A DNA stretch of 64,000 bases, taken from contig JAVJWO010000192.1 in the NCBI GenBank assembly GCA_040222015.1, positions 1 to 64,000 on the forward strand, written 5' to 3'. This stretch comes from Coleofasciculus chthonoplastes F2-STO-03. Its GTDB lineage: Bacteria; Cyanobacteriota; Cyanobacteriia; Cyanobacteriales; Coleofasciculaceae. Numbering within the stretch: the stretch's first letter is position 1; each line of letters starts with the position of its first letter. Position numbers and translations under genes: made by a program. A model generated the notes under the pieces. That model was not told the origin of the DNA and did not search any database. It worked only from the letters and a program-made list of their open reading frames with translations. Of this stretch, positions 42,706 to 52,658 are shown piece by piece.

Positions 42706-43809
42706 CTAGCAGCTAAGTGTTGCCTGGTAGAGCTTTGAGGTCTCTAGCCCTATTTTATTCCAATCAAGTCGATCACATGCTTGTTTCACTAACTTACTCA
42801 ATTCTTCAAGATTAACATAAATACTCTTCTTAAGCGCCTGTAGTAGCCCCTGCTCATCATTCGGATCGTACAACAGACTGTCCGCTGCTTCAAGAGTTTC
42901 TTGAATTCCCCCCAGCTTAGGAGCAATAATCGGTTTACTATAGGACATCGCAACAACCAAACTACTAGAAGTCAAGATGCTTTCAAAAGGTAGTACCACA
43001 ATAGTTGCGGCACTGAAAAATAGATGCATTCTGTCATCTTTCACAAACTCCGGATAAACGATAACTCCCTTGACTCCTGTCGTTAGGTGCGTTAGTTTCT
43101 TGCCGTATGCTGCATCTAGAGGTTTTCCTACAATCAGGAGGGTATCCCCTTCCAATATATCCGCCTTTTCAGCCCAAACTTTTAATAACTGTTCTATTCC
43201 TTTATAAGGTCTAAGCATGCCCTGATGGAGATAGATGCGTCCAGTGAGAGGTAACTTAAGTTTATCTCTTGCCAATTTCTCGTCAATCCGGGGACGGTAA
43301 ACATTTCGATAATGTCCAATTGGTATGACCGTAGCTTTGGTAATATCAAATCGATATTCCTGAGCGATCGCCTCTAAGGTTGAGTGATTATGTAAGATGA
43401 TTCGATCCACCAACTGCGCTAAAATACGTCTAGTCCAGAGATCTAATCTAGGAAACTTGGAATCATGGGAAATGCGATTGTGAACAGTCCACACTACCCT
43501 TACCCCAATCCAGCGAGTTATGAGGATATCGATTAAAAACTTAACACTGTAAACAAACTTTACCAGCCATCGATCACCCTTAGTATAGGGGCTGAGCCAG
43601 TGTAAATGCAAAACATCGAAGGGTTGGGGACTAGTTTTAACTGCCCGAAATATAGGGAAAACTCGCCGATAACCCCAGGGAAAATACACCTGCACCCCAT
43701 TTGACTCTAACGATTGAGCTAAGAGCGTCTGGTAAGGATTATCGACCCGATAATCCGGCATCATTAATACTTGAATGGATCTATAGGGGACAGACTTCTC
43801 AGCACTCAC
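42706..43809 (-). CDS. Glycosyltransferase family 4
   Basis: NPYQ, HLHW, LRPYKG, LTSSSL. Confidence 0.88.
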   Translation of the reverse strand: MSAEKSVPYRSIQVLMMPDYRVDNPYQTLLAQSLESNGVQVYFPWGYRRVFPIFRAVKTSPQPFDVLHLHWLSPYTKGDRWLVKFVYSVKFLIDILITRWIGVRVVWTVHNRISHDSKFPRLDLWTRRILAQLVDRIILHNHSTLEAIAQEYRFDITKATVIPIGHYRNVYRPRIDEKLARDKLKLPLTGRIYLHQGMLRPYKGIEQLLKVWAEKADILEGDTLLIVGKPLDAAYGKKLTHLTTGVKGVIVYPEFVKDDRMHLFFSAATIVVLPFESILTSSSLVVAMSYSKPIIAPKLGGIQETLEAADSLLYDPNDEQGLLQALKKSIYVNLEELSKLVKQACDRLDWNKIGLETSKLYQATLSC

Positions 43810-44717
43810 TGACTTAACTCCTTGAGAAATCCAGTTTTTACTAAATCTCTTATGCCTTCACTATACATTAAATGCCGGATTGCTCCAACATAGTGACGGC
43901 AAGGATAACTCTCAATTCCTTTTCCTAAACGAACATCATACTCCTCAGGTAATAATTCAACACCAAACTTTGAACTACATAGAGCAAAGAGGGTTTGCTC
44001 TATGCGCCAGAAATGACCAATTATTCCCGGAAGACTTAGAAATTGCTCAATCCAGCCGAGATTCATCGATTTTTTGTGAATTAGTCCCAAGCCAGAGTTA
44101 AATCTAGGCTGTATGGTAAATCCCATACGTTCTCTTACAACGGCTGAGTCAATGGTATAAGCGCTGGCTATATCTCTATTCACTGAGTTATATGAATAGG
44201 TAGGAGATTCTATCCGCCTCAGCAACTCCGTCGGTTCCTGGAAAAATAATACATCGCTATCTAGCAGTAGCATGCGATCGCTCTCTAGATAAGCCACAAA
44301 GTCAAACACTTTGGGCGACAGGTGATTAGTCTGACGAAACTTCAGACAGCGTGGATAGGATTTGAGTCTTCCTAACATTGCCTCATTCGCTATTTTTCGA
44401 GCAATCAGGCGAGCATCTGGAAAGTGATACTGGAGGGTATGACACTGTTCATCTGTTAGTGTTCCATCATCATGGATGCACAGATTATAGTTCCGACCCG
44501 AGAAATGGTAAAATGACTTTAACACCCAAATTAAGTTTAGCCAATCAGTTGAGGAAGTCAAGACATGGATTTCGCAGGTAGGGTGAGTTGTGTCCATCAC
44601 TGGTGCAGAATCTAAAATTTTGCTTCTCACGGTATCCCTATAGTAGGCTGTGCGAAGACCATGCCTATATTTTTGTCTTATTTTTAGAAATGTAGAACCT
44701 AAAGATAAGTAAAACAT
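43806..44717 (-). CDS. Putative glycosyltransferase (GT8-like)
   Basis: HDDG, LLDSDVLF, FNSGL, EQT. Confidence 0.6.
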   Translation of the reverse strand: MFYLSLGSTFLKIRQKYRHGLRTAYYRDTVRSKILDSAPVMDTTHPTCEIHVLTSSTDWLNLIWVLKSFYHFSGRNYNLCIHDDGTLTDEQCHTLQYHFPDARLIARKIANEAMLGRLKSYPRCLKFRQTNHLSPKVFDFVAYLESDRMLLLDSDVLFFQEPTELLRRIESPTYSYNSVNRDIASAYTIDSAVVRERMGFTIQPRFNSGLGLIHKKSMNLGWIEQFLSLPGIIGHFWRIEQTLFALCSSKFGVELLPEEYDVRLGKGIESYPCRHYVGAIRHLMYSEGIRDLVKTGFLKELSQ

Positions 44718-44733
44718 ATTGTATTATAATATC

Positions 44734-45735
44734 TTATTTTCTAAAAGTATTTTTTATTCTATTGATTTTTCCTATAAACAATTTACGCTTGCTTATTGGA
44801 CTAGCTTGCATAATTTCCTTGATTAACTTAATCATTAACTTAGAACTATTTTCTTGTTGTAGTGCATAGGTTTCTATTTTTCCTAGCACTTCATTTTTAT
44901 TGTTTAAGGTAAAATTTATTTTATCTATTATTTGTTCATATTCAGTTGTTTCTAGACATAATTCTAATAAAGCAATATCAGACAATAATCTATATACTTT
45001 GTCATCGTAATTAATTGCAATAAACGGTTTCCGTAACTGCATAGCAAAAGTAATTGCATGATAGCGACATCCAACCATAATATGACTATGTAATAAAGGT
45101 ATTAAAGAAAATTCTTGAGGTACATTCGTGCAAAAATATTTTTTTAATAAATCAAAATCTCGATCCTTTCCGTAACATAAAGGAAATGGATATACATTCA
45201 AATTATTCATTTTATTTATCCATTTATCTGGTTCAAAAATTTTCCAAGGACAGGGTGTCAAATTCAATGCTATGCTTTCTGTTAAAGTTTTTTTATTGGT
45301 ATGCGAATAAGAAAAATCTGCAATGGGGAAAGACCAACTAATATCTGGATAAACTTCTATTTTAGGATTATTGTCGAGCATTTTTTTGCTTGTAGTATCT
45401 CTAACAAAAAAAAACGATGAACGAGATATTAAACTACATAGATCATAATAAAGTGGCTCGTCTATATGATTAACTCCTATTCCTAAAACACCAATGTGAG
45501 CATGAATTTTTTTTATCCATTTATTAATATTTAACCATATACCAACTCTTTCAAATACCAATCCACCACCACCAATTAAGATCCAGTCAAAAGTATTTAA
45601 GTAATTTATTGGTGGAGGTAAATAGTGAGGCAAAAAGACCACTGTATTTCCCTGAAATATTCTAGTCAAACAATACTGAATTCTATCATCTCCTGCATTA
45701 AGAGAATTATAATATCCAAATATAGCTATTTTCAC
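44734..45735 (-). CDS. Polysaccharide pyruvyl transferase family protein
   Basis: NAGDD, IGGGG, VRD, RYHA, YDDKV. Confidence 0.88.
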   Translation of the reverse strand: MKIAIFGYYNSLNAGDDRIQYCLTRIFQGNTVVFLPHYLPPPINYLNTFDWILIGGGGLVFERVGIWLNINKWIKKIHAHIGVLGIGVNHIDEPLYYDLCSLISRSSFFFVRDTTSKKMLDNNPKIEVYPDISWSFPIADFSYSHTNKKTLTESIALNLTPCPWKIFEPDKWINKMNNLNVYPFPLCYGKDRDFDLLKKYFCTNVPQEFSLIPLLHSHIMVGCRYHAITFAMQLRKPFIAINYDDKVYRLLSDIALLELCLETTEYEQIIDKINFTLNNKNEVLGKIETYALQQENSSKLMIKLIKEIMQASPISKRKLFIGKINRIKNTFRK

Positions 45736-45776
45736 TGTTTATAACTCCATAAAATTTCAACCATAACATCATTGTC

Positions 45777-46859
45777 TTACTTACGGCAAAACCATTTAAG
45801 CAGTCTTCTAATAAAGCTAGGAGCAAATAAAATTTCTGGATAACTGAGAAAAATCATCAAGACTTTAGTCCATCTAACTAACGTTCTATCATGATTGGCA
45901 ACGGATTTTTCAATTTGATGCAATAAGATAGTATGATACAACCATTTCCCCTTAAGAGATAGACGTTTTGTCAAGCCTATTATCTGGTTGTTCCAAATAA
46001 TAGGCTTGACAATATGTAGTAATTCTGTTGCCACTTCTTCTTTATGAGTTGATTTTTGATGCGAGGTAAATCTGAAACAGGATAATTCTTCCTTTATAGT
46101 TCCGACAATACCACCACCATTCAAAATCCTACACCAATAATCGTAATCCATCGCATAAAATAGCTCTTCTCTAAATAATCCCACTTTATCTGTGATTCGC
46201 TTTGTCCAAAAGACTTCTGGTTGAACAAACTGTCGCTGTTTCCACCAAACGTCCCACAGATCTATAATTTCATCAAATCGAGTTATATTGCCAAACTGCT
46301 CACCAATCTTATCCCCCTGTTCATTGACATATCGGCAGCGCCCGTGTATTAAATCAGTCTGTGGAAATTGACACCAGTGTTCAGCTACCTTCCAAAGCGT
46401 ACCTGGCAAGTAGTAATCATCGCTGTTGAGATAAGCCAGAATCTCACCAGTAGCCCGTTCCAATCCTTTATTAATCCCATGAGCTTGTCCTCGATCCGGT
46501 TCGCTAACCCAGTAGGTAATCCACTTATCATACTTCTTGATAATCTCCACTGAATTATCCGTACTGCCACCATCAATAATAATATATTCTAGATTAGGAT
46601 AACATTGAAGTAAGACTGATCGGATAGTCTCTTCTATAAATTGCCCTTGGTTATAACTAGGGGTAATAATACTTATGCTTGGCAATTCCGAGCCATCAGA
46701 CATGCGTTGTGGAAGTCCTTCTGTCTGCTCTGTCCAGGGCCATCTATTCTTATCATACGGGGAAGGAGGTAAGTCCTCTTGGGATATGACGTTATTTAAG
46801 TTTCGCATGTTCCAATATTGAGCATTTACTAGTAAATAACTATATTTGGTAAAAGTCAA
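45777..46859 (-). CDS. Glycosyltransferase family 2
   Basis: TPSYNQG, IDGGSTD, LNSDD; true start may be slightly downstream. Confidence 0.92.
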   Translation of the reverse strand: MTFTKYSYLLVNAQYWNMRNLNNVISQEDLPPSPYDKNRWPWTEQTEGLPQRMSDGSELPSISIITPSYNQGQFIEETIRSVLLQCYPNLEYIIIDGGSTDNSVEIIKKYDKWITYWVSEPDRGQAHGINKGLERATGEILAYLNSDDYYLPGTLWKVAEHWCQFPQTDLIHGRCRYVNEQGDKIGEQFGNITRFDEIIDLWDVWWKQRQFVQPEVFWTKRITDKVGLFREELFYAMDYDYWCRILNGGGIVGTIKEELSCFRFTSHQKSTHKEEVATELLHIVKPIIWNNQIIGLTKRLSLKGKWLYHTILLHQIEKSVANHDRTLVRWTKVLMIFLSYPEILFAPSFIRRLLKWFCRK

Positions 46860-47739
46860 ATTCTTCTACTTTCCAATAACTTTCTGGTAAATCCACCTTT
46901 TCTCTGACTATTCTCTTGCCTTTATAGTTATAAATTTTCCTAATTTTACTCCTAATTTTGGGAATATGATTAAGCCTAAATAATGAACATAGTCTTCGAT
47001 TAACTTGAGGTGACCATAAAAAAAAATCTCGGAGTTGATTTAGAGAGTGTTCTGCTTCATAAATATAATCTTCTACTTGACGACTCCTTTGATTGGCTTG
47101 AATACGAAATCCTCCTAATGGAGAATTTGTAGCATACAATTCTGCATGTAAATAGAATCTTGCCCACAGATCAAAGTCACCAGCTAGTCTATAGTTAGTC
47201 CGAATATGGCTATCAACTTTTTGCCATAACCTTCTCCTCCAAAAGGTTGATTCTTGTTGTATCCAACCCAAGTTATTCTTGTTCTGAGGTATATAACAGC
47301 CATAAAGAAAGGCTTCCCTGGAATACCCTGGCATTTTGTGAAAAGCTTTACAGAAACCATGCCAATCCCAAAGACCTGGAGTAAGAGTAGTTAGCCACTC
47401 AACTTCGGGAAGTTCTTCAAATATACTCGATACAGTTTTTAATGTCCAAGGATAATACAAATCATCACTGTTTAACCATGCCATAATCTCACCAGTAGAA
47501 TGAGCAAATCCTTTGTTAATCGCATCATATTGACCTTGATCAGGCTCACTGCACCAGAAGTGAAGATGGTCTTCGTACTTTCTTATGATTTCTAAGCTGC
47601 CGTCAGTCGAGCCACCATCAATAATAATGTACTCAAGATTAGGATGACTTTGAGATAATACACTCTGAATAGTTGCTTCAAGAAACTGATATTGATTAAA
47701 GGAAGGAGTCACTATAGAAAACTTAGGAAATTTAACCAC
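46840..47739 (-). CDS. Glycosyltransferase family 2
   Basis: TPSFNQ, IDGGSTD, WLNSDD. Confidence 0.92.
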   Translation of the reverse strand: MVKFPKFSIVTPSFNQYQFLEATIQSVLSQSHPNLEYIIIDGGSTDGSLEIIRKYEDHLHFWCSEPDQGQYDAINKGFAHSTGEIMAWLNSDDLYYPWTLKTVSSIFEELPEVEWLTTLTPGLWDWHGFCKAFHKMPGYSREAFLYGCYIPQNKNNLGWIQQESTFWRRRLWQKVDSHIRTNYRLAGDFDLWARFYLHAELYATNSPLGGFRIQANQRSRQVEDYIYEAEHSLNQLRDFFLWSPQVNRRLCSLFRLNHIPKIRSKIRKIYNYKGKRIVREKVDLPESYWKVEEFDFYQI

Positions 47740-47793
47740 TTTTTTATGTAAAACAATTTATAAATTTTAAGGCTTTATCCCAAAGCCAAATAA

Positions 47794-48405
47794 TCACTTA
47801 ACTGCTTCCAAGTTTAAACTAACTGGATATAGCTCGCCATTAATGTTTTTTTCATAAGTAGAAAAATCATCAAAAGTCGTGTATTCACAAGACCCTGGTT
47901 GCCATTCTCTAACAGTTTCAAACCCTGTTTTCAATAAAAGAGCCTCTAAATTTGATTTATTAAATGCTGTATAATGGAAATTATATTTATGATTTTGACC
48001 TCCCATTAGTTGCTCAATAATAGTATTAATATTATTTCCATTTTTTTTATATATATCCAGTAACAGGTCAAAATCGGGAACAGATAAACGTAGAATTCCA
48101 CTTTTTTTCAATACCCTGAACCACTCTACTAATACAGAAGAAACACAATTATATTTGAAATGTTCTAAGCAATGAGACGCATATATTAAATCTACACTAT
48201 TATCGTCAAAAATAGACAAATTTTCTATGGGTCTGATGTAGTGAACATGAGCATCGGGTAAACCATCAATATTAATAAATTTTGGGTGATTTATAGAACC
48301 ACACCCTAAATGTAAATTGATAATTTTCTCCTCTAAATCTGGTAAAGGAGGGCGAATAAAAAATCTCTTTATTTTTGCACCAATGGTTTTGATTTTCTGT
48401 TTCAT
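47794..48405 (-). CDS. Methyltransferase (type 11-like)
   Basis: LHLGCG, SHCLEH, SVPD. Confidence 0.85.
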   Translation of the reverse strand: MKQKIKTIGAKIKRFFIRPPLPDLEEKIINLHLGCGSINHPKFINIDGLPDAHVHYIRPIENLSIFDDNSVDLIYASHCLEHFKYNCVSSVLVEWFRVLKKSGILRLSVPDFDLLLDIYKKNGNNINTIIEQLMGGQNHKYNFHYTAFNKSNLEALLLKTGFETVREWQPGSCEYTTFDDFSTYEKNINGELYPVSLNLEAVK

Positions 48406-48458
48406 GTCAACTCAATTAATAACAAATTGTAACTGGAGAATAATCTTAATAAAGAATA

Positions 48459-49178
48459 TCATAAACTGTATCCCAATTTATGCATAGCATCTCCATGATA
48501 TTTCCAGAACAAATTTTCTAATGGTGGACTCATCTCTTGTTGCCAAGAATTTATCTTTCCTTTCCTAAAAAAATTAGGACTCTTAGTATGAAGTTCTTCA
48601 AATGATGGAATCGAATTATTTTGGGGTGATATATTTCTAGGAAGCTTTAGTGTGGTTACTGCTTTAGTAATTTGTTCAAAGGGATTGTTTAATAAATCTT
48701 CAAATTTAACTAAAAATGTGAGATCTTCTCGATGCATCCATTGGTTTACATTTTGACTCCAGCTTCCATAATCCTGTTCGGGGAAAATGATTAATTTTTT
48801 CAAGATTTCATTATACTCATTCCACCCCAATAGTCTTTTGATTTTTACACGCCAACTATCTTGTCTTAAATTATGCCTAAATGACAAGATAAAATGGGCA
48901 TAGGAAACTAGAGAGTCTCGTCCATCTCTAACTATATAAATAGCTGGATAATTATCAGATGGTAGATGATGAGTTTTTACAAAAAATATCTGTTCTGAAG
49001 CTTTCATTTCTGGGAACCTTAGATGTATATTATTATGTCCCACTATATCCGATACATCCAACTTATTCAATAAGGGATCATTATATATTGAATAGGTTTT
49101 AATTCCATATATCTGCTTAAGCAAAATACGAAAAAATGTGTTTCCCGATCTTGGATATGAAGCCAGCCAAACAATCAT
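48459..49178 (-). CDS. Sulfotransferase domain protein
   Basis: SYPRSGNT (5'-PSB loop), RDGRDSLVS (3'-PB), FFRKG. Confidence 0.9.
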   Translation of the reverse strand: MIVWLASYPRSGNTFFRILLKQIYGIKTYSIYNDPLLNKLDVSDIVGHNNIHLRFPEMKASEQIFFVKTHHLPSDNYPAIYIVRDGRDSLVSYAHFILSFRHNLRQDSWRVKIKRLLGWNEYNEILKKLIIFPEQDYGSWSQNVNQWMHREDLTFLVKFEDLLNNPFEQITKAVTTLKLPRNISPQNNSIPSFEELHTKSPNFFRKGKINSWQQEMSPPLENLFWKYHGDAMHKLGYSL

Positions 49179-49207
49179 TATTTTATGACCATTACCAATA
49201 ATTTAAA

Positions 49208-50494
49208 CTAAGCTTTTAATTCTTCTGTTCTATATGTTAAAGGCAAAGGAACTAATCCGTATAGATGATATTCAAAATATTTACCTGTACCAAACAGTTC
49301 ACAAGCTGGAATTGTTACTACTAAAATATCTTCTAATTTTAACAAATATTCTACTTTAGGTTTCGACAACCAAAGAGTAATTGTATAATCTCCACCTCCC
49401 AGATATTTTTGAATATTGCTACATTCAAAAATGCATTTAGTTGTCTCTTCTAATTCATCAATAACATAATTTGTAAAATAAGGAGGCATTATCGTTGCCG
49501 AAATTCCGCTTAGACTGGATAGGCTTAAACCTACACCAACTTTTTGATAGTATCGTTTAGGTATCACATCAAACTCTATTTTTAGATCCCAACCCTTTTC
49601 CCAATAGTTAGGATTTAAATAATATTTAATATTCGCAATTCCTATTTTATGTTTTTGGCTAAATTTAAATAAATTTCCATGATTTTGATTTTGTAATTCC
49701 CTGTTTTCTTTTATAGTTTTTTGATAGTAGGCTGCTACTTCCTTGGCTAAACCTATTTCTTTTATTTTTCCGCCCTCTAAGAATATTCCCTTTAAACATA
49801 AAGATTCCAATGCTGCCATATTATGACTCACAAATAACACAGTCCGACCTTCTTGTCCCACATCCTCCATCTTACCCAAACACTTCTTCTGAAACTGAGC
49901 ATCTCCTACCGCCAGCACTTCATCTACAATCAAAATCTCCGGTTCCAAATGCGCCGCTACCGCAAACGCCAACCGCACGTACATACCCGATGAATATCGC
50001 TTAACTGGTGTATCTAAGAACTTTTCTACCTCCGCAAATGCTACAATTTCATCAAATTTATGCTTAATCTCCGCCTTGCTCATACCCAGAATCGCGCCAT
50101 TGAGATAAATATTTTCCCGTCCTGTCAATTCTGCATGAAACCCTGTTCCCACTTCCAATAAACTTGCTACCCGCCCTTTAATCCGAATCCTCCCCGTTGT
50201 TGGTTCTGTAATCCGACTTAAAATCTTTAACAGTGTCGATTTTCCCGCGCCGTTACGCCCAATAATCCCAATCCTATCACCCTGCTTCACCTCAAATGAT
50301 ACATCCTTCAGCGCCCAAAACTCCTCATACGCCGGGTTAGCACTCTGTTTTCCCCACGGTTTCAGCAACCGTTGTCCAAGAGACTTCGCCCCATTAGCCA
50401 TCACATCTCGCAGCGCCGTGTAACGTTCCTGCTGCTGGTGACCAATAATATATTTCTTACTGAGATTCTCGACCTGAATCACCGTGTCAGACAT
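49208..50494 (-). CDS. wzt: Polysaccharide ABC exporter ATP-binding subunit
   Basis: GRNGAGKST, YSSGM, DEVLAVGD, C-terminal extension. Confidence 0.93.
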   Translation of the reverse strand: MSDTVIQVENLSKKYIIGHQQQERYTALRDVMANGAKSLGQRLLKPWGKQSANPAYEEFWALKDVSFEVKQGDRIGIIGRNGAGKSTLLKILSRITEPTTGRIRIKGRVASLLEVGTGFHAELTGRENIYLNGAILGMSKAEIKHKFDEIVAFAEVEKFLDTPVKRYSSGMYVRLAFAVAAHLEPEILIVDEVLAVGDAQFQKKCLGKMEDVGQEGRTVLFVSHNMAALESLCLKGIFLEGGKIKEIGLAKEVAAYYQKTIKENRELQNQNHGNLFKFSQKHKIGIANIKYYLNPNYWEKGWDLKIEFDVIPKRYYQKVGVGLSLSSLSGISATIMPPYFTNYVIDELEETTKCIFECSNIQKYLGGGDYTITLWLSKPKVEYLLKLEDILVVTIPACELFGTGKYFEYHLYGLVPLPLTYRTEELKA

Positions 50495-50530
50495 TATCCA
50501 TTACCTAGTTCGCTTATCTACTGAAAATAT

Positions 50531-51352
50531 CTAGATTACATCTGCAAATGTACGTTCTACCTTACGAAAATACCACACCCCACTCGCCAATACTCCAAAA
50601 ACCAATCCCAATGAGAGGAGAAATCCTGGCATGTAAATTCTGGCTTCCCCACCTAAAATTGCCCAACGAAACCCATCGATTACCCCAACCATCGGGTTGA
50701 GTGAATAAACTAATCGCCACTCTTGAGGCACAATTGTACTACTAAATCCCACGGGCGAAATATACAAACCAAACTGGACAATGAACGGGACAATATAGCG
50801 AAAATCCCGATACTTCACATTCAGCGCCGCTAACCATAACCCAGCCCCCATTGATGCCGCAAACGCAATTATAATAAAAAATGGTAGTGTCAAAATTCGC
50901 CAACTGGGTAGGAAATCGTACCACGCCATTAAGCCTATCAAAATTATCCCCGATATCATAAAATCGACAAAGCTGACAATCACGGCACTGGCTGGCACAA
51001 TCAAACGGGGAAAGTAGACCTTGGCAATTAGATTAGCATTACTAATCAAACTATTGCTGCACCCGGAAAGGGCATTGGAAAAAAACTGCCATGGTAACAT
51101 CGCTGCAAACACCAAAATCGGATAGGGAACTCCTTCAGACGGTAACTTGGCTAGTTTACCAAAAACTATCGTAAATACCACCATCGTTAAAAAGGGTCGA
51201 ATTAATGCCCAGGCTATGCCAATGATGGTTTGCTTGTATCGTACTAGGATATCTCGCCATGCCAGAAAGTAGAACAGTTCCCGGTAACGCCACAAGTCTT
51301 TCCAATATTGTTGTTCGGTGTGACCTGCCTCAATTATCAGTTCTTGCGTCAT
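50531..51352 (-). CDS. wzm: Polysaccharide ABC exporter permease
   Basis: RDILVRYKQT, KVYFPR, YRDF, LNPM. Confidence 0.93.
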   Translation of the reverse strand: MTQELIIEAGHTEQQYWKDLWRYRELFYFLAWRDILVRYKQTIIGIAWALIRPFLTMVVFTIVFGKLAKLPSEGVPYPILVFAAMLPWQFFSNALSGCSNSLISNANLIAKVYFPRLIVPASAVIVSFVDFMISGIILIGLMAWYDFLPSWRILTLPFFIIIAFAASMGAGLWLAALNVKYRDFRYIVPFIVQFGLYISPVGFSSTIVPQEWRLVYSLNPMVGVIDGFRWAILGGEARIYMPGFLLSLGLVFGVLASGVWYFRKVERTFADVI

Positions 51353-51650
51353 TGGTCATTTGTTATTTGTCCTTGGGTAGCTTTGCTTCAATCCTTTGAT
51401 TTTAATGATATTTTTTACAAATGCCAATAACCTTAAAGTCCAATTGGAGTGGGCATTGACGGATTTTATGAGCGCACCTTGATCCTTGATGTCAACTTAA
51501 GTTGAGTCCAGGGCGACCCGAGCAAATTGAGTGGACACAGTTTTTGATTTGTGCAAGCGGGTCGCCCCTACAGGAGAATCAAGGGTGATAGGCTGCCCTT
51601 TGTCGTCAACGCCCCGACAACCCCAGATTATCCAGATTTTACAGATATCC

Positions 51651-51854
51651 TCAGTCCAGCTTCAACGCATTGACTGGCACTTCTTCCCAGGAACTGACGG
51701 TTCTCAGACGCGCCACCCAACCTGCTGATTTTTGCTCTTCTGTCAAGTTTTGCTGGAAGGATTCGTGGCAGTCTTTGGCTTGCGCCTCGTCATGACAAGC
51801 GATGCACGAATAAATCAGACCTCCGGGATCAACCTGTTCATTTACCCAAATCAT
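51651..51854 (-). CDS. Small conserved cyanobacterial protein
   Basis: 67 aa MIWVNEQVDP..VPVNALKL; GAGGAG SD upstream. Confidence 0.7.
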   Translation of the reverse strand: MIWVNEQVDPGGLIYSCIACHDEAQAKDCHESFQQNLTEEQKSAGWVARLRTVSSWEEVPVNALKLD

Positions 51855-51890
51855 TGTATTCTCCTCATTCCTGAAACAGTTAATCAAAAT

Positions 51891-52000
51891 CTTAAGTACC
51901 ATGGCACTGACTGGCAGGCTGGTGGGCAATGCCCACCCTACGGTATATCCAGGGTTTGGGCAATCCTAAACTGGTTTATTTTAGTGCCATTTATCTTAAG
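51891..52000. repeat. 110-bp MITE-like element
   Basis: Homologous to 16283-16392. Confidence 0.8.
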
Positions 52001-52102
52001 TCGATCTACTTATTTTGTAAAAGACTGGGATCACTGATAGCAAGAGGAAAAACACAGTTTTTGATATTTCATCAGCCTTTGCTACATACGTTGTAAACAA
52101 AA

Positions 52103-52600
52103 TTAAAGCTTTTTAAAGGTTTGTGTTGCTAGTTGGGGAAGTGCATCACCTGTAACTCGGCAAATGCGCCAGTCGGGTAGCACTGTAGCACCTAGACGCC
52201 GATAAAACGCGATCGCAGGTTCATTCCAGTCTAGTACTGACCACTCTAACCGCCCACAATCCCGTTCTACCGCTAGTTGGGCAACATAGGTTAGCAACGC
52301 CTTCCCGATACCCTGACGCCGAAATTCCGGGCGCACGAATAAATCTTCGATGTAAATGCCCGGTTTGGTTAAAAAGGTGGAATAGTTAGAGAAAAACAGG
52401 GCAAAGCCTACCGTTTGCCCCTCAGACTCTGCCAGAATTGCCTCAATATAAGGTTTAGCCCCAAACAGGTGGTCTTGGAGAGCGTCCACCGTCCCTGTGA
52501 CTAGGTGAGACAGCTTCTCATACTCAGCCAGTGCTTGAATGAGTTCAAACAGCACTGGCACATCTGTTGGGGTAGCTGGTCGTATCTTCAACTGCTTCAT
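52103..52600 (-). CDS. GNAT acetyltransferase (diamine acetyltransferase-like)
   Basis: LAEYE, IEDLFV, RRQGIGK, WSVLDWN. Confidence 0.92.
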   Translation of the reverse strand: MKQLKIRPATPTDVPVLFELIQALAEYEKLSHLVTGTVDALQDHLFGAKPYIEAILAESEGQTVGFALFFSNYSTFLTKPGIYIEDLFVRPEFRRQGIGKALLTYVAQLAVERDCGRLEWSVLDWNEPAIAFYRRLGATVLPDWRICRVTGDALPQLATQTFKKL

Positions 52601-52658
52601 GGTTGGTAGTTGGCACGAAGCGTGCCATCAGCGCTAAAGCGCTTACTACAAACCAATC

